From positions 76,074,001-76,138,000 of the forward strand of contig OZ024740.1 in NCBI GenBank assembly GCA_964016885.1: a stretch of 64,000 bases of DNA, read 5' to 3'. The notes beneath the pieces were generated by a model that saw only the letters and a program-made list of their open reading frames with translations, did not search any database and was not told where the DNA came from. The position numbers and the translations under genes are program-made. This DNA comes from Eledone cirrhosa. Taxonomy: Eukaryota. Position 1 is the first letter of the stretch, and every line of letters starts with the position of its first letter. Shown here in pieces: positions 51,690 through 64,000 of the stretch.

Positions 51690-52050
51690 TATAATGGTGT
51701 CGATGTAATCGATAAAATCCCTTGAAGGTAGTTTTGCAGCACGGTCGCAATCTAATGACTGAAACCAGTAAAATAAAATATATTCTATGTTAGTGCTTTG
51801 GACCATTGTCGCTTGGATCACGATGGACGTTCCAGTTACTTTATTACCGGAACAGTCAGTTTGTAAAATTAACGTGCAAATGATTGAGCACTCCATAAAC
51901 ACGTGTGCTTTTAATATAGTTCGTAGAAAGACTTAGCGTGACACTGTGTGTGCCGAATCTGACGTTTGGCTGCAACAACATAAAATAAAGTGTATTGCTC
52001 AAAGGTAAAACGCGCCGCCGGGAATCAAATTCGCGATTTCACGATCGTGA
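51690..52050 (-). mobile_element. SINE-like repeat related to 55650-55900
   Basis: Shares TTAACGTGCAA.TG..TGA..ACACGTGT block with 55800-55850 in the opposite orientation. Confidence 0.5.
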
Positions 52051-53039
52051 GATAATCTAATCTAAACTAATCTAGCCGAGTTTACACTCGCAAATAAGAA
52101 GAACTAGGGCCGCCCCTAGGAGCATTGGATTTGGTGTTCTTCATATTTGTTTCGGTTGCTGAATACAATCAGGGGTCGCTGTTTCTCCTGAAGGTCAATT
52201 GTTCTCTTCTAACTCGAGCGGAAGCGCTTTTCCATTGTCAATTTGCATTGATCATCTGCAAAGCCGCATTGTTCTCAGAACCGCGACTCCAGTCTTTCGA
52301 TGCGTGCAGCTGGAACTACTGCCACCCGTTGATTTGGCAGAATTTTTTTTTTTAGATGGCGGTTGACTCTTATGAGTTCTTCCGCCCTTTGTCAAGTTTT
52401 GTTTTTTGTCCTGCAGGGTGTCCAAAATTACCCTCCTTACCAAGTAAACTTGGTAGGGTTGCCGGTTTAGTCGCCGACGACCCGACCATGCGACAGGTTG
52501 TACTGGGTTACACGCTACCAGTAGCACTCAAAAGTGACCCGACATACACCCCATAAATCACGCGCCTTCACAATATATATATTGAATGAAATGAACAAAG
52601 GACTTAAACCGTGAATGTTGCTGTCCTGGTGATAGCTGGTGTCACAACTACACATAATATATAGATGCGTGAAGAACAATTAATACGTAGAAGGTAAACA
52701 ATCGTTTTTTTTGGAGATATTTGTGTAATTTGATGTCTTTCCTTCACTTCTGCTTTGTAAATATATAATGCATTTAGTAAATATATAAATATATTCTTGT
52801 TTGTTGGCGTAAGTGTGAATTTGTGCATATTTGTACGTGCATATATTTGTATTTGCTCACACGCACACACACATTCACTCACACACATATACACACACAA
52901 TGCCAGTGTACCAGCATGGTCACATGTCTGTATATGTTATTTCTCTTAATTTTGAGTTTACTTTTGAACGGCCACCTTCCCGGTGACAATGTAGTAAAGA
53001 AAAGGAAATTGTCATCGTCTCTTGTGTAAGAGTTCATCC

Positions 53040-54800
53040 TTAAATTGTAAGAAAGTTTTACAGATGTTGAAGATTTCAGATAACGTGGTAATTTGTAGCT
53101 TATGAATTAAGGAGCTACGTGCTTTCTCCACAAATCCTAGTTCAGTTATACTTTGGTCCAGGTCGGTTTGTATACATCTTGAAGCTCAATAATAATGGGT
53201 ATGAAACTGAATGTGTTTCTTGGATACTGGATCTGCAAACTCCTCATCAATTGTCTGTAGATATCCTCCTTCCCTTACTATATTGGTATCAAGTGGACAG
53301 CTGACTTCTACAACAGAACATGTTTTTAATATGTGGTCCCAAATAAGGATATCAAGCCGGTTCGGCTTTAATTTGGTGGCGGTTTTCATTTTTAGTTTTC
53401 ATCATCTTTAGTTTCCACTCACCTTGCGGGAGAAATATGGCCTATCGACATCACTATTGACGTTAAAGTTTCCAGTAGCACTAAGAAGGCTGCTAGTCCT
53501 CACGTCTATCTCGTTCAGTTCTTGTAATGACCAGTTCAGCAGGCCAAATGTCGGCATTAGAAAGAGCACAGCAAAGTATTATGGGCAATGTGATTGTTGT
53601 ACGCAGAGAGTTCTGATGATGATGTTCTCTTTAGATTCCTGAGGTATTCCTTCCTGATCCTCTCCTTATTTAGGGGTCGAGCATATCTGATATTCTCATC
53701 CTGTCTAAGATATCTATTAATTGTCACCTGACTGTCGTAGTTGCATCATCAAGCCAATAAGTTTTAGGTTTGCAGATGAGGATACAATTTTTCCATATTT
53801 TATTTTAAAAAATGAATATTTGGACCTACCAAATTACTTTCCTATATCTGTAGAAAATTGGGTAATGAGTTCCAATTATTTTTTTTTTTTATGTGGTTGT
53901 ATTTGGCCCATACCATTTCAGGTCATTGACAAAGAAAAGATGGGAGACACGTCAGGATCTATTTCTGTGGCGAGTATGTTTTGTGAGCAGGTGTGGGTTT
54001 AGTGATAGCACGAAAAGCAGCACTGACAAGCTATCACCTTGAAAGAAGCTTTTTTGGTTGTGAATACAATTTGTACACAATGTTCTGGAAGGCTATTGGG
54101 CGGTAAGTTTTAGCAAGAGTGGTTTAGTAGTTTGGTGGATGAGGAGAGTAGTGGCAGTTGATAATCATTGGGGAAGTTCTTGTGTACCCCTGCTACTTTT
54201 TCCATACAACCGTATGCGATCTCGTCGATACAAGATGAAATTACTCAGCCAGTAACATGTTATGAGGTCTGGGCAAGGGTATTTCCTGTTTGACATTTTT
54301 TGTAGAGCTGTTTCCAGTATTGCATCGTCTATTTCATATTGCTTTTGATGGACATGCTAGCAGTAGTCCTGGTTCAGTTATTTTAGCTATACAGCTTGTT
54401 TGTTGAACTCATCATTTGTTTACCATACAGATCTCTAGTAGCTCTAAACCTGATCTTTTCTAGGGGTGTCTTTTACAGAGAGTGGGCCTTTCACAATGAA
54501 GCTACAACAGACTGACTTGAGATCTCTGCCAAATACTCTATTCAGGAGTTGCGGTTTATACACTGTAGATTTATATTTTAATTTTTTTAACTGTAGCTAT
54601 GAGTTGCTTTTTCAGCTGGTGTAGTTTAGTGTTTAGGGTTTTAAAGACTGTATCACCATATCGCCTTGAGTGTTTTAGGTCTTCCTGATCTCATGTGAAA
54701 TTGTTCACTGCGTTACATTTCATAACTACAATGATCTGCTATTTTATTTACTGCATCTAATTCTAATTTAGTGGGTTCTATATTATACTGATATTGTATG
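53040..54800 (-). mobile_element. Highly decayed RLE-type non-LTR retrotransposon
   Basis: KPNRLDILIWD..CSVVEVSCPLD (PD-(D/E)xK-like) at 53186-53389; left and right limits approximate. Confidence 0.55.
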
Positions 54801-54880
54801 GCCTGTTACTCAAATTAAGGTTGTGGATTTGTTGAAACATATGTATCAACATATATCAAACATATGTATATATGTATATG

Positions 54881-55030
54881 TGAAGGCGCATGGCTTAGTG
54901 GTTAGAGCATCGGACTTGCAATCGAAATGTTGTGAGTTAAATTCTCGGACCGGGTAATGTGTTGTTTCCTTGAGCAAGACACTTTATTTCACGTTGCTCC
55001 AGTTTACTCAGCCATAGAAATGAGATGATA
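54881..55030 (+). mobile_element. CORE-like tRNA-derived SINE
   Basis: TGGCTTAGTGGTTAG A-box, CCTTGAGCAAGACACTTTATTTCACGTTGCTCCAGT. Confidence 0.75.
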
Positions 55031-56101
55031 GGACTGGGTTCCCTATCATTAAATCACCCAAGACACCTCCAACGAGATATACCTTGGAGGATGCCAGCTA
55101 AACCTGTATAGGTGTGAGCTGTAACAACAACAACAATATATATGTATATATATTTATATGCACAGGGACATAGAAATACTTAGGTTGGTGTTTGAGTTTG
55201 CGGTAAGCCTACTGGGAGTGAGAGACTCCTGATCCTCGTTAGGATATCTCTCTAGGAGAGGGAAACTTTGATGTAAAATTTGTAGTTCAATAGTAGCCGA
55301 TGATATTGATATGCTCTTTTTTTCGGATTATACCTATTGTTGATGAGTGGGAATGGTTCAGTGTAAGCCTTTTCTTACTATAGAAAGCTTCAGGTACGGG
55401 CATCCTGTCACAGGTTGTACAGGGTTACATGTTACCAGTAACTTGAGAGTGACATGACATAAACATACATACATACATAATACATACATAATACATACTA
55501 CACACATACAGACACACACGCGAACACACACACACACACATATATATATATACGCGTGCACACACACACACATAAGCACACACACGCATATATATATATG
55601 TGTATGTGTGTGTTTGTAGTTATATGTATATTAATATATATGTAAATATGTGAAGGCATGTAGCTTAATGGTTAGAATATTTCGCTTACGATCCTAAGTT
55701 CATGAGTTCGATTATGGTGGAGTTAAGAAAGAGTTGTACTTCTAATTCGAAAGACCTTCCTTGTCACATTCTGTGTCACTCTGAATGTCCATGAGAAGTG
55801 CGTTAAGGGTACACGTGTCGGTGAAATTGTCAGCCACTTGCACGTTAATTTCACGAACAGGCTGTTCCGTTGATAGTACCAACTGCTTCAATTGCATCAC
55901 TCGTCAATGTAACCCAGAGGTTCTCAAACCTTTTGTGCCACCACACCCCCTCACGGCCACGTAATACCCTCAGCCCTCCCCACCCCTATTTCTAGAGAGA
56001 CCTATCTACACGCAAATTGTAAATAGTATATAATAAATAAAATCATTAATTTATATATGATATATAATATAAAATATACTATGTATAAATAAATATATAA
56101 A

Positions 56102-56741
56102 CTAGCAGAAAAACCACCCTTGGGTGGTTTTCTGCTAGCATGTGTAGTGTGTATATTGATATTATACGCAAATAGATATGATACATCAAATAAAATCCTA
56201 ATTGACAATATACACAGAAATTGAACGAAGACTCTGTTACACTGTCTTATGTAATCAGTAATCCATTATACATTAAAAAAGACGATATTATAAACTGCAT
56301 TAGGAGAAAATTAGTATGTTTATTTAAGCGATGGCCAACCGGAAGTGTTGACATTTCAGAAATTTTAAAGAAGTGAATCTTTAAATAAACAAAATATATT
56401 TAATCAACAACCACGAAATTTAGTAGATAAATTATGTAATATTCATTCATTATTTATTCAAAGGCGGTGGATTGGCAGTATCGGTAGAGGGTCGGACGCC
56501 ATGCTTTCCAGCATAGTTACGTCCCTTTACGATCTGAGTTCAAATCCCGCCGAGGTTGACTTTGCCTTTCATCCTTACGGGGTCGATAAAATAAAGTACC
56601 AGTAATGCACTGGGTATTTGCTGGCCTTGTGCCTAAAGTAGAAACAATTATTTATTCAAAATAATCCAACTTATTTTACAAACGGGATAAAAAAAATAAA
56701 CCGTACGCAATCCCGCAGACCTTCCTTTATTATAGTTTAGA
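56102..56741 (-). mobile_element. Non-autonomous Helitron
   Basis: Minus: A|TCTAAACTATAATAAAGG ... hairpin AAAACCACCC aa GGGTGGTTTT ... CTGCTAG|T; A-T target, no TSD. Confidence 0.72.
56463..56646 (+). mobile_element. Full-length OK/OR-like SINE with 14-bp TSD, nested in the Helitron
   Basis: TSD ATTATTTATTCAAA at 56449-56462 and 56647-56660; A and B boxes. Confidence 0.92.
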
Positions 56742-56894
56742 TTATATTTGTTAGTGTTTTCCTTCTGTAACCATTATATTAAATGAGTTTAAAAAAAAAA
56801 GAGTTGATAAATAAATAAAGAGTTAATAAATAAATAAAACGTTATACTTGTTTTACCCTCCCATTTCCAATTAAACTGAACGCTATCATGACTG

Positions 56895-57192
56895 TATGTG
56901 TATGTGTGTGAAAATGTATATGTATGAATGTATGTATGTTTGTGTAAATGTATGTGTGAATGTATGTATATTTGTGTGAAAGTATGTATGTTTGTGTGAA
57001 AGTATGTATGTTTGTGTGAAAGTATGTGTGAATGTATGTATGTTTGTATGAAAGTATGTGTGAATGTATGTTTGTGTGAATGTATGTATATTTGTGTGAA
57101 TGTATGTATGTTTGTGTGAAAGTATGTATGTTTGTGTGAAAGTATGTGTGAATGTATGTATATTTGTGTGAAAGTATGTGTATTTGTGTGAA
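56895..57192. repeat. Minisatellite, about 20-bp unit TATGTATGTTTGTGTGAAAG
   Basis: Direct reading. Confidence 0.9.
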
Positions 57193-57244
57193 TTATGTCC
57201 GTGAGAGTGTATTTTTATAAGTTTGTGTTTGCGCGATTATAGTT

Positions 57245-58092
57245 ATATATATATTAATTTCAACAACGTCAGTATTCCGTGTGTCATAATTCTCGATTAT
57301 CATTGGTTCATAGGTTTCACGCGACTCCGCCCACCTCAACGACGCCAAACTTAAATTAATATGCATAATGCCAATGAGGGAGCGAGAGGGGAGAGTAAGA
57401 AACAGAGAGGCAAAGTGAATGCTGTAACTATTACCATGTGTGCGTGTGTATGTACGTGCGCGTATGTTTATGTGTGCGTGCAACGTTCCACAGAAAGTAA
57501 AAGCAATTCGACTTTATCAAACAGTGAACTACAGCGGCGACGGCATGCAGCCAGGAATGAAGAAAACGGGCCGAACAGCGCCATCGGAACGCCGAACTTC
57601 AGAGGCGAAGACGTACCGCCATGAATGAAGAGGAGCTGGCTGAACAACGCCAAGGAAACACGAGCCAAGGAGGGACGGCGTGCTGCGATGGTTGAAGACG
57701 AACTGGCTGAGCATCATCTTTTATATTAATTATCTATATCTATATCTACATATGATATAAACGATTGGAGCTTCCATAATCCTTTTGAGAAACGTGGAAC
57801 AACCACGTCTATGCAATGATACACGTTTTACAGTCAGGCAGAAGAGGAACCATCTCCTAGAGGTCACTATTCTAGATGGGAGCACCTAGAATTGTTCATA
57901 TACTATGCACAAACGGTACCACGAAGAATCTGGTATATCTGGAAGATTTTTTGTTACTGTCTTTTGTATCACACAGACACCACGGATTCGCCTCATACTG
58001 TAACCAGACAAACATCCAATACAGTCATTTTCTCTTTTACCTGTCTTCTCTTATCATCTGTTTTCCCGGGCGAAGCTGAGTACGTCAGCTAG
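57245..58092 (+). mobile_element. Internally deleted Helitron copy ending in canonical 3' terminus
   Basis: 57250-57717 matches 58096-58919 with deletions; ends CCCGGGCGAAGCTGAG TACGTCAG CTAG. Confidence 0.8.
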
Positions 58093-61000
58093 TCTATATA
58101 TTAATTTCAACAATGTCAGTATTCCGTGTGTCATAATTCTCGATTATTATTGGTTCATAGGTTTCAAACGACTCCGCCGACCTCAACGACGCCAAACTTA
58201 AATTAATATGCATAATGCCAATGAGGGAGTGAGAGGGGAGAGGTAAAGTGAACGCTGTGTTGGATACACTATGTATATGTGTCAGTGTAGAGACATGTGT
58301 GTGTGTGTGATGTGTGTGGAAATAAGAGGGGAAGGAAAGCAATAACTATTAACATGTATGCGTGTGTATGTACGTGCGCGTATGTTTATGTGTGTGTGCG
58401 TGCAGCGTTCTACAGAAAGTAAAAACTATCAACATGTGTGAGTGTGTGCGTGCGTGTAAGTGCATGGGTGCGTGTGTAAGTTTGCGTGCGTGTGCGCATT
58501 TCCATGCGTGTATGTGTGTGTACGTGCGGCGTTCCACAATCACCCCGCAGTTTAACTGTCTGTGTGCCTGTCTGTCAGTATAACATACACAGAGTTGTGA
58601 AGGGAGTAAATAGGGACCCCTTTTTACATTGACGGACATCTTTTATATTTATTATTGTGTCATTTTTTGACAATTGCTCGAAATGAATACTAATAATAAA
58701 AGCAATTCGACTTTATCAAACAGTGAACTACAGCGGCGACGGCGTGCAGCCAGGAATGAAGAAAACGGGCCGAACAGCGCCATCGGAACGCCGAACTTCA
58801 GAGGCGAAGACGTACCGCCATGAATGAAGAGGAGCTGGCTGAACAACGCCAAGGAAACACTGGAGCCAAGCAGCGACGGCGTGCTGCGATGGTTGAAGAC
58901 GAACTGGCTGAGCATCATCAGCAGATGGCCGGAATTCAGCAGCTACGGCGTGCTGCGATGGATGAAGAGGAGCTGGCTGAACAGCGCCAGCACAATACAT
59001 AAGTCCAGAGAATGTGTCGTCAAAGTGCTCCTCATTCCAGTAAAGAGGCTAGAAGGCGAACGGATGATATTAAAAATGGATCATGGCAACCGTGTCATTT
59101 TCAGATTGGTGGACGAGCAGAGTGTCCACATTGTGGAGCATTGCTTTGGAGGCACGAAAAGACGTGGATCACAATGTCATAAAGGAGCAGTTCAACTAGA
59201 ACCCTTGCGAATGCTGGATGATGAGGAGTCACCGGAGTTTAAAATACTAAGTATGTGGGGTGATCAAGGAGACCGAGGTAGATTACTGCGCAAATATTCG
59301 CGGCAAATTAACAATTAATTAGCTTTAGCATCGCAGAGAGTTAGTGAGATGTTTGAGAGTGGAGCATGACAACCGAATGTAGTCATTCAAGGCCGTTTAT
59401 ATCATTGTATCGGTAATTTAGAAGTTACCCCAGGAGAGAGGCCTCGATTCGCTCAAATTTACGTTAACGATCCAGATTATAGTGAATCGGAGGAGGATAT
59501 CAGGATCGGTTGGATGAAGTTGCCGGGAAATATAACTGAACTTGAACGGCAAAGGTTAAGTGATTTGATCCGTGATTTGCAATCATGGCTTAGACAGTGT
59601 AATCCTTATGTTATGAATTTCATGTTGGTGGCTGAACTGCAAAATGTTCAGCAGCAAACATTGGTGATTAAGGCTGACGCAGTGCCAAGGAATCAACACG
59701 AACGGCGATATAATGCCTCTGAAGGATTTCGCGAAGTTTCTGTGTTGATGGACGATAAGCTTGGATAGAAAGATATCGTCCTCAATCGCAGAGATGGTGG
59801 TCTCAAGAATATCAATGAGTCAAATAGGGCATACGATCCATTGCATTATGTTCTTTTATTCCCAAAAGGTGAAAATGGATGGAACATGTCTGTTCATTTA
59901 GATGATCATGAGAATCAGCATCAACAGGGAGCGGCAATAGACACAATAATTCGATTCGCGACTTTTACGCGTTCCATTTGAACGAGAGGAGTCAACAGAG
60001 AAATGCGCTATTTCAAGCCAGCAGATTGTTCCAGGAATACTGTTGTATGGCATTCGCAAAGATCGAAAATCAACGGCTAAATTATATAGCTACACATCAG
60101 CAACATATCAGAGCTGAATTGTATAATAATATATAGGATGCCATAACAGCCGATGATGCCAATTACAAACAAATTGGTCGACGCATCATTTTGCCATCAT
60201 CGTTCATCTGCGGCCCGAGATATATGAACATTCGCTATTAGGATGCAATGGCTATTGTCAGAAAGTTTGGAAAGCCAGATTTGTTTATAACGGTTACATG
60301 CAATCCTGAATGGACTGATATTAAGGATGCACTTTTGCCAGGACAACAGCCAAAGGACCGTCCTGATATTGTGGCAAGAGTATCCAAAGGATATCTGAAA
60401 AAGATAATGGATGATGTGGAAAAAGAGGGAATCTTTGGAGCTATAGTTGCTTTCACATACGTAATTGAATTCCAAAAAAGAAGATTGCCACATGCACATT
60501 TGCTGATCATTTTACATAGAGATTGCAAATTGAGATGTCCTGAGGATGTCGACAGCGTTGTGTGTGCTGAACTGCTGGAGAATGAGGCACTACGCAACTT
60601 GGTGGCAAAGTCAATGGTGCACAACCAATGCAAAGTGGCAAATCGGAAAGCGCCTTGCATGAAAAATGGCCAATGCAGTAAGCACTTTCCGAAATCTTTT
60701 GTCACGAAGACTTTCTGGAACGATGGGGATGCTCATCCCTCATACAGAAGACGGTCGCCTGCAGATGGCGGTTTGGTCGAAAATGTAAGCGGTCGACAGG
60801 TTACAAATCAATGGGTTGTGCCATACAATCCATATTTGATTATGAAATATCGTTGTCATATTAATGTGGAATTTTGTAGCTCAGCTTGCAAATATCTATT
60901 CAAATATGTTTACAAAGGTCATGATCGGGCAATGATCAATGTCAGGAATGAGGAGGCGAACCAAGGAGATGAAGTTGGCAGGTTCCAGGATGTTCGCTCG

Positions 61001-64000
61001 ATTGGATCTAGCGAAGCTTGCTGGAGATTGTTCGATTTTGATCTCAATGAACGCAAATCCAGCGTTCAGAAACTGACGGTTCACTTAGAGAATAGGCAAA
61101 TGGTCTGTTTTCAGGACACTAGAATAGGTGTCGAAAGAATTTCTAAGGCATCACTTCCTAAGACGGAATTGACTGAGTGGTTCAAGCATAATAGAGAACA
61201 TGTTTTGAACCCTACTCTACATGCTTTGAAGGCAACTCTACTGCGATTTCCATTCGCACTATACGTTGGATAAGAAGGGAAAGAAATGGAATGATAGAAA
61301 ACAAAAGTTGAGATTCATGACTATTGGACGGGTTTGTAATGTCCATCTGGTGATGTGTTTTATCTCCGAATTCTGTTGCATAATGATTTTTCGAGAGGTA
61401 AACAGAGCTTCGCTGATTTGAAAACAATCAATGGCGTGGAATATGAAACATACCAGGCTGTGTGTCAGCATCTGGGACTCCTTCAGGATGACGCTGAATG
61501 GAAAACGCCATGGAAGCCGCAGAAACAACACAGATGCCAGCTGTAATAAGGCAATTGTTTGTCACGATTCTAGGATTCTGCAATCCTGCCGATCCAAGAG
61601 AGTTATTTGAACGTCATTGGGGAATTATGGCTGATGATTTTAGGCATCATCTTCAGGTCATTGATGAAAATTTGATGAAAGCTAATGTTTTGCTCAATAT
61701 TGAGCAACTGCTTGAAGTTCATTTCAAATGTTTAAGAGATTTCAATTTGCCAATTCCTGATGAAGAAATGCGGCAACGTGTCTTAGCACTGAACATGAGA
61801 TGCAGGTTAAACGATTGCCACTCGATCGGAGGGAACTATTCCAGTTTGATCCACTGGAACATCAACGTATTGTGGATGAACGTATGCCAATGTTGACCGA
61901 ATCTCAGAGAGAATTGGTCCATGGCGTTCTCCACTCGATTTCCACTAATGAGCAACTTTGTGCTTTCATCGATGCTCCAGGAGGCACCGGAAAGACATTC
62001 TGTTTTATGTTATCGGCATTCAGAGCTCAGAGGAAGATTTCTCTCCCTGTGGCCACCAGTTGGATCGCTGCCACTTTGCTGAGTGGTGGAAGGACTTCCA
62101 CTCATGCTTCAAGGCTCCATTGGCTCCGGATGAGTTGAGTGTCTGTAACATTACAGGACAAAGTGAACTCGCGGGCTTTATACGCAATGCGTCTCTGATT
62201 ATTTGGAACGAGGCTCCAATGGCACACAGATATTTGCTGGAGGCATTGGATAGAACTTTGAGAGATATCTGCTGTAGTGACCTGCCATTCGATGGTAAGA
62301 CTATCGTTATTGGTGGCGATTTCAGACAGGTGCTACCAATTGTTAGGAATGCTCAAAGAGCGCAAATTGTCGATGCATGTCTGAAAAAGTCCTCGTTGTG
62401 GCGCCATTTCAGAGTTTTGCGATTACACGATAATATGCGACTTCGTATGTTCGGGCAAAACGAAGAGGCTGAGACATACGGCCGATGGTTGATGCAGTTG
62501 GGAAACGATGAATTGCCACACGTTGGTGATAATCAGACTGTAAGAATCCAGACCATTTGGTCATTCCACTGGACCGCCAAGCATTGATTGACTGGATGTT
62601 CCCTAATTTGAATGCTTTTTGGCAGAATATCTCCTGGATATCGGAACACATTATTCTAACTCATACGAATGCAACGGTCGATGAAATAAATTCACAAGTA
62701 GCCGGAATGTTTCCTGGAGAGGAATGGTTGACCATCAGTGCGGATGCAATGGAGCCTAATCAGCAGAACAATATGGATGTTCCGACTGAGTATTTGAATT
62801 CACTTCAAATACCCGGATTTCCTTCACATATTTTGAGGTTGAAAAAGGGTATGCCGATTATATTGCTTAGAAATATCAATCATAAAATGGGTCTTTGCAA
62901 TGGTACCAGATTGATTGTTGAGAGATTGATTAACGGAAGAGTTTTAGAAGCTAAACTCCCAGGAATAGAGGAATCGGTTCTCATTCCGAGGATCATGCTG
63001 AGACCAAGTGAAGATCTGCTGCCATTCATTTGGCAAAGGAGACAGTTTCCCGTCAATTTGGCTTTCTCCATGACTGTCAACAAGGCACAGGGACAGACTT
63101 TCAAGCTAGTCGGTGTCTACTTGAATGATCCAGCATTCAGCCATGGGCAACTGTATGTTGCTGCATCTCGAGTGTGCGATCCTGATGGTATAAAATTTGC
63201 AATTAATACCATTAACAGAGGAACAACTATGAATATTGTCTATAATGAAGCTTTGAGCTGATGTATGCATATCTTTAATGCTATCAATAAGTGACGTAAA
63301 TGATTCGGACATTGTGAGCTTTGACAGAGTTATCATTTCTGTTCAATGTCATTTAATGTCGTTATGAGCAATAAAAACAAACAAGTATTGGTAAAAATTG
63401 CTTTCACTGCTATGTTGCGCAATACATATCAACAAGTATTGGTAGAAATTGGCTTCACTGCTATGAATATTCGACGTAAATGATTCAGACATTGGTGTCC
63501 TTTGATCATTATTGTGAGCTTTGACAGAGTTATCATTTCTGTTCAATGTCATTTATTGTCGATAATGAGCAATAAAAACCAACAAGTATTGGTAGAAATT
63601 GCCTTCAAATTTATCACTTCTGATTGCGGTGGTAATAAAACCTCATCAGATGCTGAGTCTGGCAAAAAGATTGGATCCTATGGCCGGCCAGGGCTAGAGT
63701 AATATTGAAAAACGATTTTATTTTCGAAGTAGAAGGATCCGCCATTTGGAGTTCAAACCAGGCCACCTCTCCGAGTTGAACTCTGGGCAACATTGACTGT
63801 CTATTACACAGTGGCTAAGAGCCTGGAAATTACTGAATAAAATTTTGTGTCATAATTTGTTGTTTTATTATTATAGCTGACCGCTTATAGATAAGCATGT
63901 TATCCATATCCATATTAATTTGGCATTTGTATAAACTATTTCAAGTAAATAGGGACCTTTTTTACATTGACGGACATCTTTTATATTAATTATCTATATC
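58093..64000 (+). mobile_element. Helitron with RepHel gene (3' end outside window)
   Basis: 5' TC at 58093; RepHel motifs; window end repeats the 57714-57740 junction. Confidence 0.9.
58683..63261 (+). pseudogene. Helitron Rep (HUH Y2) / Pif1-family helicase, multiple stops and frameshifts
   Basis: LFITVTCNPEW, EFQKRRLPHAH, KYLFKYVYKG; DAPGGTGKT, GGDFRQVLP, NGTRL, RQFPV..FSMTVNKAQGQT, FSHGQLYVAASR; start approximate. Confidence 0.92.

Noticed and set aside
56463-56560. tRNA-like sequence with A and B boxes
   Set aside because: Head of a multi-copy SINE with tail and TSD, not a tRNA gene
63675-63700. GGCCGGCCAGGGCTAG as Helitron 3' end
   Set aside because: CTAG is followed by A, hairpin spacing is atypical, and element-related sequence continues downstream

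Overview
AT-rich eukaryotic (animal) genomic DNA made almost entirely of transposable elements and microsatellites. I could not support any host gene, rRNA, tRNA gene or CRISPR array. The SINE types and the (TA)n/(CA)n load suggest an octopus-like cephalopod (inference). Contents: four L1/Tx1-type LINE copies, restriction-like-endonuclease LINE fragments (R4/Dong-like, CRE-like), RTE remnants, at least three Penelope-like (PLE) coding elements, tRNA-derived SINEs and Helitrons, including a head-to-tail tandem with a decayed RepHel gene. The signal the ORF track does not explain lies at about 8-42 kb. It is a dense nest of short modules anchored on (TA)n tracts, often duplicated as inverted or terminal direct repeats. 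They carry about 14 type I minimal hammerhead-ribozyme motifs from about 9 sequence families, including U3-A8 core covariants, palindromic helix III and long or branched helix II. Different microsatellites appear to be used by different retroelement families: (ATT)n, (CT)n and (TA)n. All folds and alignments were done by eye.
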